NCBI GenBank assembly: GCA_965224485.1
Contig: CBDCZH010000018.1
Span: 43,603 to 107,602 of the forward strand
Origin: Arcobacteraceae bacterium
Lineage (GTDB): Bacteria; Campylobacterota; Campylobacteria; Campylobacterales; Arcobacteraceae
Length of the DNA stretch: 64,000 nt
Reading direction: 5' to 3'
Part shown: in pieces, positions 29,725 through 41,300 of the stretch
How positions within the stretch are numbered: position 1 is the stretch's first letter
Layout of the letters: every line of letters starts with the position of its first letter
Program-made: the position numbers and the translations under genes
Notes under the pieces: generated by a model
Told to the model about the DNA's origin: nothing
Database searches by the model: none
What the model saw: the letters and a program-made list of their open reading frames with translations, nothing else

Positions 29725-31071
29725 ATGAAGATAATAAAAATTTTTGGTCTCATGGCATTTTTTGCCATGGGACTTTTTGCATTAGATAATAATACTTATT
29801 ATACAAAAGCAAATAGTAAAAAATCCTTTTCAAAATCATATAATAATTTAAATAACGAAGAAATAGATATTTTTATGTTGGGAAGAAGTTTTTTCAGAAT
29901 TCCTTGGGTTGAAGCACCAAGTGCAACAACAGCAAGAGATGGTTTAGGACCTTTATTTGGAGCTAATACCTGTCTTAGCTGTCATCCTAATAATTCTCAA
30001 GGTTCTGTTTATAATAAAAATAATAATATTTCAAGATCTATGGTCGTAAGACTATCTATTCCTTCAAATAATTCAAAAGAACATAAGTTACTTTTAAAAA
30101 AATCAGGTTTTATTCCTGAGCCAGTTTATGGGGCACAAGTCTCTTTAAACGGAACAAAAAATGTACCTTTTGAAGCAAAACTTAAAGTTTTATATACAAA
30201 TAAATATGTAACATATAAAGATGGACAAACTGTAATTTTAAGTAAACCAAACTACTCTTTTAAAGATTTGAATTATGGAGCTTTACATAAAGATACTATT
30301 ATAACTGTAAGAAAAGCTCCTGCTTTAGTAGGGCTTGGTTTATTAGAAGACTTAAGTGATGAAGAGATTTTAAAAAATGTTGATGAGTTTGATAAAAACA
30401 ATGACGGAATTTCTGGCAAAGCTAATATGGTTTATTCACTTGCTGTAAAAAGTGAGTTATTAGGTAGATATACATATAAGGCAAGTGCACCAACAGTTAA
30501 ACAACAAAGTGCTGCTGCTTTTCATAATGATATGGGTCTAACAACAACATATTTTCCAAATGATAACTGTACAAAATATCAAACAAAATGTTTAAATTCC
30601 CCAAAAGCAAGAGATGCTATTGATGTAACAGATTTTAGACTTTATTCGATTGATTTTTATTTAAGACATTTAAAAGTGCCAAAATCTAAAATAAAAGAAA
30701 AAGAAGGTGAAGCTTTATTTGCAAAACTATCCTGTACCTCTTGTCATATTAGTTCTTTTACAACAAAGAAAAATATGATTATCAAACCTTATAGTGATTT
30801 TTTATTACATGATATGGGTGAGGGTTTAAGTGATGGACGAAGTGAATTTAGGGCAACAAAGAATGAGTGGAGAACAACACCTTTATGGGGTATAAACTCT
30901 TATAGAAAAACACTGGGTAAAAAACCAGATTATTTACATGATGGTCGAGCTAAAAGTATAGAAGAAGCTATATTATGGCATGGTGGAGAAGCTTTAAACT
31001 CAAGAAACTCTTTTATCTTAATGGATCAAATCAAAAGAGATAAAATAATTAAATTTATAGGAACACTTTAA
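29725..31071 (+). CDS. Di-heme oxidoreductase family protein (DHOR/DUF1111)
   Basis: DGLGPLF, CLSCH, CTSCH, LLHDMG, EWRTTPLWG, YLHDGRA, AILWHGGEA. Confidence 0.9.
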   Translation: MKIIKIFGLMAFFAMGLFALDNNTYYTKANSKKSFSKSYNNLNNEEIDIFMLGRSFFRIPWVEAPSATTARDGLGPLFGANTCLSCHPNNSQGSVYNKNNNISRSMVVRLSIPSNNSKEHKLLLKKSGFIPEPVYGAQVSLNGTKNVPFEAKLKVLYTNKYVTYKDGQTVILSKPNYSFKDLNYGALHKDTIITVRKAPALVGLGLLEDLSDEEILKNVDEFDKNNDGISGKANMVYSLAVKSELLGRYTYKASAPTVKQQSAAAFHNDMGLTTTYFPNDNCTKYQTKCLNSPKARDAIDVTDFRLYSIDFYLRHLKVPKSKIKEKEGEALFAKLSCTSCHISSFTTKKNMIIKPYSDFLLHDMGEGLSDGRSEFRATKNEWRTTPLWGINSYRKTLGKKPDYLHDGRAKSIEEAILWHGGEALNSRNSFILMDQIKRDKIIKFIGTL

Positions 31072-32029
31072 TGAAAAAAATTATTCTACTACTTACTTTA
31101 TTTTCTTTCTCACTGTTTGCAAAACAAGAAGTGATGAAATCAATTTTAGACAATGTTTTATTAGCTAATTCACAAAATGCGATGAATGTAGCTTTAGAAT
31201 TTTCTGCGAATATAAAAGATAAAAAAGATTTAACAATATTAAAAAAAGATTTTACAAAACTTGTTAGTGCTTGGAAAAAAGTAGAAACTTTTTATTTAGC
31301 TGCTGAATTAAATGAAGATACTATTGATACTCCAAGATATATTGATATTTTCCATAATATAAAAGAAAACTTACATGAGCAAATTCAAAGAGTAATTGAT
31401 TCAAAAGATGATGTAGAAGTTGAAATGTATAAAAACTCTTTTAAAACTATAAATGCTTTAGAATATGCATTATATACAAAAGGTTTTGATGATAGAAGAT
31501 ATGAAATCATAAATGTAATCATGAATAATATGTTAAATAGACTTGATGAAATAAATGACGTTTATTTAAATGATACGTCTAAGTTCTTAAATGATACTAA
31601 ATGGGCAAATGCGGCTATTATTAATATGTTAATTGATAGTTCTTTTAAATTAAGAGATTGGCGTATTGGAGATATGGCTGGTTTATCTTTAAAGTACAAG
31701 AACAAGCCTAATAACAAAAGAGCTGAATATTACTTAAGTTTAAATTCTAAAATAGCCCTAAGAGCTATTTTAGAAGTACATGATTCAATAATCAACTCTA
31801 GTTATGGTGATTTTTTAATTTCCAAAGGAGCTAAAGCTCAAATTACATTAATAAGAAAACTTATTGCTAAGTCCTTAGAAAACTTAAAATATTTACAAAA
31901 TGATGATTATTTAGCTAAAGATGTAAAAAAACTATATGTACAAGTTGATAAACTTCATAAAACATATTATGTAGCTTTAATAAACTCTTTAGAATTACTG
32001 CAAAAATATTAGATGCTGATGGTGACTAA
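31071..32029 (+). CDS. Second imelysin-family protein (apparent frameshift near 31992)
   Basis: AWKKVE, INALEY; adding one base near 31992 gives the family-typical end ITAKILDADGD* with TAATG overlap to the next gene. Confidence 0.75.
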
Positions 32030-32928
32030 TGAGTGAATACCTTGTTTTAGAATATTTCTTTGATGCCAATAAAAGAGTTTTTTATTTATATTTATTAAGC
32101 TCATTTTTTATTGCCTTAGTTTATTTATATTTTAATGCAAAAGATAGAAGAATAAATCTAAGTGCAAAACTATGGTTACATCCTAGTTCCATCTTAGATT
32201 ATTCATATTTTTTTCTTTCATATTTTATAAAAACTTTACTTATCTTTCCTCTTGTTCTTAGTGCTAAAACTGTAGCTGTTTATACGCTGATGTTTTTACT
32301 TGAGAATTTTAACTTTACTTCTTTATCTTGGTCATTTGAAAGTATAATCATTGTTTTTACTCTTACTTTATTTGTTTTAAGTGATTTTACTAGGTATTTA
32401 CTTCATCGGCTTTTACATGCAGTTCCATTTTTATGGGAATTCCATAAGGTTCATCATAGTGCTAAGGTTTTAACTCCTTTTACTTTTTATAGGGTTCATC
32501 CAATAGAAAATATACTTTTTGGATTTAGATATGTTTTAACAATAGGTATAACAACTGGTGTATTTATTTACTTATTTGCAGGTAAAATTGATCTTTATGA
32601 TGTTATTGGAGTAAATGTATTTGCTTTTATTTTTTCACTATTAGGAAGTAATTTAAGACATTCTCATATTAAATTTAAATATCCAAGATTTTTAGAAACA
32701 TTTTTAATCTCACCTTATATGCACCAAATTCATCATAGTAAAAAACATTTTAATAAAAATTTTGGTGGTTATCTCTCGATTTGGGATTATTTATTTAAGA
32801 CTCATTTATACTCAAGTGAAGTTAAAAATATGATTTTTGGATTAAAAAATATTCAAAATAAAGATTATGATTCACTTGTAAAATTATTATTAACACCATT
32901 TAAAAGATTAATAAATAAAGCTAATTGA
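32029..32928 (+). CDS. Sterol desaturase / fatty-acid hydroxylase family protein
   Basis: His boxes HRLLH, FHKVHHS, HSH, HQIHH. Confidence 0.9.
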   Translation: MSEYLVLEYFFDANKRVFYLYLLSSFFIALVYLYFNAKDRRINLSAKLWLHPSSILDYSYFFLSYFIKTLLIFPLVLSAKTVAVYTLMFLLENFNFTSLSWSFESIIIVFTLTLFVLSDFTRYLLHRLLHAVPFLWEFHKVHHSAKVLTPFTFYRVHPIENILFGFRYVLTIGITTGVFIYLFAGKIDLYDVIGVNVFAFIFSLLGSNLRHSHIKFKYPRFLETFLISPYMHQIHHSKKHFNKNFGGYLSIWDYLFKTHLYSSEVKNMIFGLKNIQNKDYDSLVKLLLTPFKRLINKAN

Positions 32929-33014
32929 TTATTTTAATAATAACTAATATCAATTAAGTTTTGATTAAGAGCTATGCTCGTATTATTTGTATATAAATAT
33001 AAAAAAGGTAAATT

Positions 33015-34163
33015 ATGAAAGCAAAATATCTACTTTTAGCTAGTTTAGCTATTCTACTATCAGCTTGTAACGGAACACTTAATGAAGCAGAAAAAATCAA
33101 AGTTCAAGAGGAAAAAGCTGTTTTAGGAAAAGTTTTATTTTTTGATAAAAATCTATCAAATAATAGAACACAGTCATGTTCAACATGTCATAATCCAGAA
33201 GCAGGTTTTGTTGATGATAGAGATAACGGTGTACAAAAACAAGCTTCTTTAGGTGATGATGGTCATTCAATTGGAGATAGACAAGCACCTAGTGCTGCTT
33301 ATGCAATGTTTAGCCCTGTTTTTCATTATGATAAAAAGAAAAAAGAGTATATTGGTGGACAATTTTGGGATGGTAGAGAACCTACTTTAGCAGGACAAGC
33401 AGGTGGTCCTCCTACAAATCCAGTTGAAATGGGTATGAAATCAAAAGAAGCTATGATAATAAGACTACAAGAAAATCCTTATTATGTACAAAGTTTTAAA
33501 AAACTGTATGGAGAAGATATTTTCCTTGACATTGATGCTTCTTATAAAGCTATGACTAAAGTTATTGAAGCTTTTGAGCAAACAAAAGAGTTTGCTCCTT
33601 TTGATTCTAAATATGATAGATATTTAAAAGGTGAATATGATGTTACTGTATTAGAAGATCTTGGTATGGCACTATTTTTCTCAAACAATAATAACTCTTG
33701 TGCTTCTTGTCACTTATTGAAAAAAGAGGGTCAAAGTGGCGAAACATTTACAAGTTATGAGTTTCATAATATTGGAACACCAATTAACAGTGATTTAAGA
33801 GCAAAAAATGGTGCAAGTGCAATTGATAATGGTTTATTAAATAATCCAATGGTTAGTGATATTAAACATAAGGGAAAATATAAAGTTCCAACACTTAGAA
33901 ATGTTGCGGTAACAGGACCTTATATGCACAATGGAGTTTTTAAAGATTTAAGAACTGTTGCTTTATTTTATGATAAGTATAATAATAAAACAAGACTTAT
34001 TAATCCAGAAACAAAAAAACCTTGGGCTGCGCCTGAAGTAAAAGAAACAATCAATTTAGATGATTTAAAATCTAAAAAACAAAGTGATAGAAAAATTGAT
34101 GCAATAGTAGCTTTTATGAAAATGTTAACTGATAAAAGATATGAACACTTATTAGAAAAGTAA
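33015..34163 (+). CDS. Di-heme cytochrome c peroxidase (MauG/MbnH-like) lipoprotein
   Basis: Lipobox LSAC, SCSTCH, QFWDGR, NPVEMG, CASCH, KVPTLRNVAVTGPYMHNG. Confidence 0.9.
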   Translation: MKAKYLLLASLAILLSACNGTLNEAEKIKVQEEKAVLGKVLFFDKNLSNNRTQSCSTCHNPEAGFVDDRDNGVQKQASLGDDGHSIGDRQAPSAAYAMFSPVFHYDKKKKEYIGGQFWDGREPTLAGQAGGPPTNPVEMGMKSKEAMIIRLQENPYYVQSFKKLYGEDIFLDIDASYKAMTKVIEAFEQTKEFAPFDSKYDRYLKGEYDVTVLEDLGMALFFSNNNNSCASCHLLKKEGQSGETFTSYEFHNIGTPINSDLRAKNGASAIDNGLLNNPMVSDIKHKGKYKVPTLRNVAVTGPYMHNGVFKDLRTVALFYDKYNNKTRLINPETKKPWAAPEVKETINLDDLKSKKQSDRKIDAIVAFMKMLTDKRYEHLLEK

Positions 34164-34165
34164 TA

Positions 34166-34194
34166 ATTAACAGCTGAATTCTTCTGCTGTTAAT
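34166..34194 (+). terminator. Hairpin after the peroxidase gene
   Basis: ATTAACAGC...GCTGTTAAT. Confidence 0.5.
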
Positions 34195-34258
34195 AATAAG
34201 TAAAGTATTATTTTTATAGTATTTTGATATTAAGAGTCAATCGCAAAAAAGGAATTAT

Positions 34259-34828
34259 ATGAAAGTTTTAAAAAAAGTAGTTTTATTACTTGTTTTTTGT
34301 TTATTTACATTCTCTTCTTTAGAGGCTTATTCATATGCTTCAGCAGGAAAAGAACCAACATTAGATGCACAAGATGCAATTTTAAATGCCATAAATGAAA
34401 GTGATTTTAAAAAAGCTAATGATACTTTTGTTTTATATAAGAAAAACTATCAATATTTAAATGATGATTTTAATAATAAACTTTATTCATCTTTGCAAAA
34501 TGCAATAAAAGCAAAAGATAAAAAACTTATAGTTAAGTGGTTAAGAGTTTCACTTGCTCTTGAAGTTCAAAGACGACTTGAGGGTGGTTTAGAAAATATA
34601 AGTACTTTTAATGTTTCAAAAGTAATGCTTGCAAAAGCTAATAAATTTTATAAAATCTTATCAGGTAGTTTAGAATTCAAAACTAATAAAAAGCTAAAAA
34701 AAGCTATAAAAAACTGTATTGGTGCTATTGGTAATCCTGGACTTTTTGGTGTTGGGGCTAAAAAAGCTAATATAAAAGAATACAAAAAAAATCAAAATAT
34801 TGCAGTTGAAATTCTAAAATCTTTATAA
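34259..34828 (+). CDS. Secreted helical hypothetical protein
   Basis: Signal peptide, YSYASAGKEP, C-terminal GNPGLFGVG; RBS AAGGA. Confidence 0.75.
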   Translation: MKVLKKVVLLLVFCLFTFSSLEAYSYASAGKEPTLDAQDAILNAINESDFKKANDTFVLYKKNYQYLNDDFNNKLYSSLQNAIKAKDKKLIVKWLRVSLALEVQRRLEGGLENISTFNVSKVMLAKANKFYKILSGSLEFKTNKKLKKAIKNCIGAIGNPGLFGVGAKKANIKEYKKNQNIAVEILKSL

Positions 34829-36061
34829 ATGAAATTTCATAAAATTATTATAGGTATAAGCACTCTAGCTTATGCCTATTTTATTTTATCTTACCCTATA
34901 TCTTATTATAATGATGATTCTTTATTTCTCTCTCGTGGAATTGAACATTTTTCTGTTATAGATTTCTCCCCACACTTTCCAGGTTATGTTTCTTTAATAC
35001 TCCTAGCAAAGTTTATAAATTTTTTTCTTTTAGATGTTAAGTTATCACTTTTTGCTCTTAGCTCTTTTTGTGCTATTTTCACTCCTTTTATAATCTATTT
35101 GTATGTTAAAAAAATCAAAAACAAAGATGTAGCTCTTATAGCTTTTTTTCTAAGCCTAAGCTCCCCTTATCTAAATAATTTTGCTCTCTCACTACTTTCT
35201 GATTCTGTTGGTTTTTTCTTCTTATTTTTAGCTCTATATTTATTAGAAGATAAAAAATATAAAATGAGTGGAATAATTTTAAGCCTTGCTTTTTTTGCAA
35301 GACCTTCTTATTTTGTATTTTATGCCTTTGGTTTACTGTATTTAGTTTTTTTTAGAAAAGAAGCTTTGAAAAGTATTCTCATCTATTTTTTCCTAAGTTT
35401 TATTCTATTTTTTTTATATATTTATATAACAAATGGCAATTTATATTTTATAGAAGCAAAAAGGTTTATCTTAGGTCATTTTAATATTTGGGGTGTAGGA
35501 CAGAACTCTTCTTATACTTGGTTCTCAAATGTTTTCACGTTGATAAATCTTCCTTTTTTACTTCTTTTTATTTTTAAATATGATAAAAAATTTATCTTAA
35601 TGTATATATTTTTTATATCTTATTTTTTATGGATTATTTTTTATCAAAATCCTGAAAATTTACGTCATTTAATTCCCTTAGTTTTTATAAGTACAATATT
35701 AATCTCAAAGGTTTTAGAAAATTTCAAAAGTATAGTTTTCTTTATTTTGATTTTAAATATTTCTTTTATGTTTAGTTTTACTCAAAAATATTCACCTATT
35801 ATGCAAATTTCTAAACTTATTAATAAAGAAAAATTTATTCTTGTTACAAATCACTCTATAGAGCTCTTGCGTGAGTCAAATTTCCTTGTGGTAGATAAGT
35901 TTTATAAGGCAAATGCTTCGTATATTAGTAAAAACGATAATGTTATTATAATAACAACAGCAAAGAAGGAACTTCCTAAGTCAAGAGCCTTTTTTGGGAG
36001 GTTTATAGGTGAAAGAACTACATATCTTTATTCTAAAATCCCTCTAAACGCCACTAAGTAG
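34829..36061 (+). CDS. Multi-pass membrane protein, GT-C glycosyltransferase-like
   Basis: Acidic NDDS in the first loop, PHFPGY, LLSDS, ARP, RH.IP; about 11 TM helices. Confidence 0.65.
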   Translation: MKFHKIIIGISTLAYAYFILSYPISYYNDDSLFLSRGIEHFSVIDFSPHFPGYVSLILLAKFINFFLLDVKLSLFALSSFCAIFTPFIIYLYVKKIKNKDVALIAFFLSLSSPYLNNFALSLLSDSVGFFFLFLALYLLEDKKYKMSGIILSLAFFARPSYFVFYAFGLLYLVFFRKEALKSILIYFFLSFILFFLYIYITNGNLYFIEAKRFILGHFNIWGVGQNSSYTWFSNVFTLINLPFLLLFIFKYDKKFILMYIFFISYFLWIIFYQNPENLRHLIPLVFISTILISKVLENFKSIVFFILILNISFMFSFTQKYSPIMQISKLINKEKFILVTNHSIELLRESNFLVVDKFYKANASYISKNDNVIIITTAKKELPKSRAFFGRFIGERTTYLYSKIPLNATK

Positions 36062-36085
36062 TCACTGGATAAAGTTTTTCCTTTA

Positions 36086-36100
36086 TGATAATAATTCTTA
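36086..36100. promoter_or_regulatory. Fur-box-like site
   Basis: TGATAAT-A-ATTCTTA upstream of the 674 aa gene. Confidence 0.55.
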
Positions 36101-36167
36101 TTTTAAGTATTAATTAAGATTTATTAGCTTAAAATTCAACCAAGACAATCTTATACTAAGGAATTAA

Positions 36168-38192
36168 ATGAAAAAATTAATTAAGTTATCAGTTGTTGCG
36201 TCATTAATTGCAACATCTGTTTATGCAAGTGATTATAAGAGTACAAAAACTTCTGTAATTGACAAAAGATTCGATACAGCAGGTTCAATGTTTGCTTATA
36301 CTGAATTTGAATTATCTGGTGAACCAATGTCAGAAGGTCTTGGACTTGATTTAGATACTTTAGATCCAAATGCAAGAAACCAACCAACTGAATTTGATTA
36401 TACAGCTGGAATTGAATCATATGAGTATTCAGAAGAAGCTATGTATGCATTAAATTACCAATCTAAAATGGGACCTCATTTAGTAAATGGTTTATTAAAT
36501 GCTAAACGTGGTGGAGATATGAAATCTTTAGCAAAAAGATTTATCAAATTTGCTAAAGCTACTGGAAATGATGCTTCTGTTTTACCATTAAATATGCATC
36601 CAACTGCACTTCCATATATTTCAGGACTTCCAGAATTTGCACAAAAAGTTGATATGACTGTTGTAAATAATGATGAAGTTGTTGTATTTAAACATGGTAA
36701 AGAAAAAACTATTAAAACAGCAGTTCCTGCTTATTTAAGAGATTATAAAACTTTATCTTGGGTTGAAAAAGGTATGGATAAAACATTTAATCCAGCTGCA
36801 TTTGGAGCTGCTTTATTAAAAGATACTATGTGGGCACAAGATTTCTTAGGTGGAATGCATATTATTGCTAATGATGAAGAAGTAGAAGCAACAAGTTCAA
36901 CTATGGATCAAGATGGTAAACATGCTCTTGGTGTTTCATCAGCTGATGGTGTAAATGGGGCTATTTTAACTGAACTTTCTTGGGAAAGAATTCTTTTCAT
37001 GCAAGAGAAATTAGGATCTAATGGTAAAAAATTAGGTTTAAGTTTTACTCCTTCATATGATGCAAGTAAACCAGTATGGTTTGCACATAAAGTATCTGTT
37101 AAAGAAGGTAAAAAGAATGGTACTAAAAGTATTGCTTCTTTAAAAATCAAAGAAGGACATTCTTCTCTTAGAGATACTTGGCAAGTATTATGGCCAATTG
37201 CTGAATTCTATGCTTATTCTGATCAAAGAGTTAACAATGCTAATCAAAATCCAGCATTTTTAAGTGTATTTGATGGTGACCCTTTCAAAAAAGCACCTAA
37301 AGCAAATGTGGATGCTAAAAGAGGAAATGATATCAAAGCTGATGATGCTTTCTCTGTTGCTGCAAATATTGCTAACTTAATGTTTGAAAATATTTCAACT
37401 ATCCATTACAATAAAAAAATGGGAACATTTGTTGATACATTTGATGGCAAAAAAGGTAACATAGTTACAACTTTTGATGCTGCTTATTCTATTGAAGCTT
37501 TAAGAATTTTCCAAAGAGCTATTGATGCTTTACCAGTTGGTTATGGATCTGCTGATGGTGCTAAATCATTAGAAACAGCTCAGGGTAAAGAAGCTTTAAT
37601 GTTAATCAAAAAACAAGCTGATTTCTTAATTAAAAATCTTAAAAACAAAAATGGTTTATATTCAAGTGCTTATAACTTAAAATCTTCTGCTAAAACTGGT
37701 CTTACTGTTGGAACACAATTCGCAGTAGTTCGTGGATTAACAGCTGCTTATTTAGCAACTAAAACTGAAATGTACAGAAGCGAAGCTCGAGCTTTAATGA
37801 TTTCAATTGAAAAAAATATGTTTGATAAAAACATAGGAACTTATGTTGATTCAACAAAAGAATATACTCCTTACTCAATTGGTGCAGTTAGTGGTGGTTT
37901 AAGAGATGCTATTAATCATTTAAAAAATGTAGGTAGCGAAAAAGCTCCATCATTAGAATTAAAAAATCTTACTGATAGATTTACAAGATGGTTCCAATTA
38001 GTTATTAATGGAAACTCAACAACTGAGGGTGCTCAATTAGCTGAATGGTTACTTGATACTGGTGAGTTTGTTGATGCAAGTGATATGAAAAATGCAAATA
38101 GTGATGGTGATAATGTTGTATCTGTTACAGCAGCTGGTGGTAAATATGGTACTGCTATGACTATGGCTTCTAAAGTTAAACTTTCAAAATAA
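36168..38192 (+). CDS. Large secreted hypothetical protein (674 aa)
   Basis: Signal peptide, RBS AAGGA, own Fur-like box and terminator, acidic motifs ELSGEP and GIESYEYSEEAMY. Confidence 0.85.
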   Translation: MKKLIKLSVVASLIATSVYASDYKSTKTSVIDKRFDTAGSMFAYTEFELSGEPMSEGLGLDLDTLDPNARNQPTEFDYTAGIESYEYSEEAMYALNYQSKMGPHLVNGLLNAKRGGDMKSLAKRFIKFAKATGNDASVLPLNMHPTALPYISGLPEFAQKVDMTVVNNDEVVVFKHGKEKTIKTAVPAYLRDYKTLSWVEKGMDKTFNPAAFGAALLKDTMWAQDFLGGMHIIANDEEVEATSSTMDQDGKHALGVSSADGVNGAILTELSWERILFMQEKLGSNGKKLGLSFTPSYDASKPVWFAHKVSVKEGKKNGTKSIASLKIKEGHSSLRDTWQVLWPIAEFYAYSDQRVNNANQNPAFLSVFDGDPFKKAPKANVDAKRGNDIKADDAFSVAANIANLMFENISTIHYNKKMGTFVDTFDGKKGNIVTTFDAAYSIEALRIFQRAIDALPVGYGSADGAKSLETAQGKEALMLIKKQADFLIKNLKNKNGLYSSAYNLKSSAKTGLTVGTQFAVVRGLTAAYLATKTEMYRSEARALMISIEKNMFDKNIGTYVDSTKEYTPYSIGAVSGGLRDAINHLKNVGSEKAPSLELKNLTDRFTRWFQLVINGNSTTEGAQLAEWLLDTGEFVDASDMKNANSDGDNVVSVTAAGGKYGTAMTMASKVKLSK

Positions 38193-38216
38193 TTTTTTAA
38201 AAAAGTTATTTTGCAC

Positions 38217-38253
38217 AAAACCCTCTAGGCACTACACCTAGGGGGCTTTTTTT
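38217..38253 (+). terminator. Rho-independent terminator
   Basis: CCCTCTAGG-cactaca-CCTAGGGGG followed by a T run. Confidence 0.75.
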
Positions 38254-38361
38254 CTAATTTAATAATAATAACTCCCATTTTCACTATCAATAATCTTTGC
38301 TTTCTTTAAGAATAGCCGGCTATAATTTCATTATAATTTATTTTTAATAAAAGGTTAAGAA

Positions 38362-41300
38362 ATGAAAATAGCATATATAGAACTTTCAATTGTTCTAATG
38401 TTTTTAACAGGTATCTTACAATGGGATTTAATAGATATTCCTTGGGTTTATTTTACTTTTTTACAAGCTACTCACATTATTGCATCAATTTTAGTTGCAG
38501 TTTTTTTAATTATTCCTTTCGTGAATATGCATACGTATAAATACAGAGTTAATATAATGGCTAGAAAAAGAAATAGTACAAATGGAATGATTTTAGGTAT
38601 TGTTTTATTACTTATAATTGCAAGTGGTGTTTACTTGTTTTTTGTAGGTAACAGAGGTGGAGATGATATAGGGTATTATTCATTTTTAATTCACTTATAT
38701 GGTTCATTTTTATTACTGTTTTTCTTATGGTATCACTCTATGTTTTCAAATGCAAATATAAGAAGAAAAAAAGCAGCTAGAGAAAAAAGAGCAAAAGAGA
38801 ATGCCCTACATGCAAAAATGGCAAATGTTAAAAGTTTTGCTTTTATTCTTTTAAGCATAGCTTTTTTATATCCAAGTTTAGCTTACTCAAGTGTAAGTTC
38901 TTCTGCTTTATATTTAAGCAAAGATTCAAAATATTTATACTCTGCTAACTTAGATGCTGGATCAGTTACAAAAATTGATGCTTTGAGTGGAAAAGTAATT
39001 TTTGAGAAAGTTTTAGGAGAAGATATTAGAAGAATAGCTTTTAATAGTGATGAATCTGTTTATGCTGTAACTGATTATATGAAAGATAAAGTAATTTTTT
39101 TAAATAAAAACAATGAAATTATAAAAGAAATTAAAACTAAAAATAGACCTCATGCTATTATTTATGATGCTAAAAACTCTTACTTCTTTGTAACTATTTT
39201 TGAAGATAATGAACTTTTAGTAATTGATGATAAAAATTTTGAAATTATTAAAACTATTAAAACATTCAAAACTCCAAGAGGTTTGGCTTTAACTGATGAT
39301 GGAAGATTATTAGTAAGTCACTCTATGATTGGAATGGTATCTATTTATGATAGTAGATCTTTTGCAAGATTAAAAACTATTACTTTACATTCAACACAGA
39401 ATAAAAATGAGTTTGTATCTCAAGGGAAACCTAGACTTTTAGATGATATTGAGATAAAACCAGATGGAAAAGAAGCATGGTTACCTCATGTTTTATGGAA
39501 CTTTGACCATGCTTTTCAATTTCAATCAACAGTTTTTCCAAGTATCTCGATTATTTCTTTAGAAAAGGGACATGAAAAAGAGTTAAATGAAAAAAGAAAA
39601 CATCTTTTTAAAGCAATTAATATTTTAAATAATGCAAACTCAACTATGATTGTATCAAATCCTTGGGATTTAGCTTTTTCATCTGATGGTGCAAAAGCTT
39701 TTGTTACCCTTGCTGGTAGTGAAGATGTTATGGTTTTAAATATTGGACGAAGCATGGGAAGTGCTAAGAAAAAAAGACATAGAAAAAGAGGAAAAAGAGC
39801 AGGAAAAGGTGCAAAAGTAACACAAATACTTAGAGCATATCCTAATAATACAAATCCACAAGCAATAATAACAAGTCCAAAGAGCAATGATATTTATGTA
39901 CAAAATGCATCAAGACTTGATCTTACTTTATTAGATAGTGGTGGTAGCCATCCTTTTGCAAGACTTACAGTTAAAATAGACTCTTTTTCAAAAGTAGTAA
40001 AAAAAGATTTATTGGCTAAAAATATAAGAGAAGGTAAAACTTTATTTAATAATGCAAATACTAATACAAATAAAGAAACACCAATGGCAGGAGATTTTTG
40101 GATGTCGTGTAATTCATGTCATTTTGAAGGTTTTAACTTTACAAATGGTTTCTTATTTACTGATACAAAATTAAATAAATCACTTAAATCAACTATAGGG
40201 CATGATACCTTAAAGGGTTTTATTTCTAAAGATCCTTTAGGTGATTATGTACGAATAGCTAGAGATACTCAAGGTGGTATGGGAGCAGACGAAAAAGCAG
40301 AACTTACAATAGTTGACCCAGCTAAAATGAGTGCTAAGTTAAAAACTAAAATGCAAGCTCTTCATTCATATGTAAAATCAAAAGATAATTTACGTTATTT
40401 ATCTAACTGGATTAAACTAGAAGAAGATGTTGAAGAATACCATGTAGAAGATTGGACAAATTCTGCAAAATGTAAATCTTGTCATAATGAAATTTTTAAC
40501 CAATGGGCTGATTCAAATCATAGAAATCTAGTTGGAACTAACCCTTATTATATTGTTGTAGAAAATGTAGCTGCTCAAGTTGAGGGTGAAGAGTTTAGAC
40601 AGTGGTGTATGGGATGTCATAGTCCAAGTGCAATAACAACAGGTCTTGTTAAAAAAACAACTCATACTATGGATAAATTTTTTGAAAGTGGAGCAAAAAC
40701 ACTAATAAATGAATTAAAAGTTCATGGAAATTCAAAACTAGAAGAGGGTGTTTCTTGTGTAGCTTGTCATAGAATTACAAAAGTTGAAGATGCAGGTGGA
40801 AATGCTGCTTATACTTTAGCTGTAAAAAGTAGACCTAAGTATGCTTTTGAAGATAGTGACAATGCAGGTTTACAATTTTTAAGTGAAAAACTAATTAATT
40901 CAAAACCACAAAAACACATAGACTCATATATGAAACCAATTTATAAAAAAAGTGTTTATTGTGCAACTTGTCATGATGAATTTACACCTGGAAATGGAAG
41001 TAAAATTGTATCAACTTTTAAAGAGTGGGAAAACTCAAAATATAATAATCCAGATGATCCAAGTGAACATAAATCTTGTATAGATTGTCATATGACATAT
41101 TTAAAAAATGATAAGTTATCTCCTTTAAGAGGTAGATCAACTGATGGTGGAAAAATTAAAGATGATGTAAAAGTTCATTATTTTGCAGGTGCAAATCATT
41201 TCTTATCTGGACTTAAAAGTAAAGAACATGAAGACCAAACTTTACAACTTTTAAGAACATCAGCAAAATTAGATGTTAATGTAAAAGATGGAAAAGTGAT

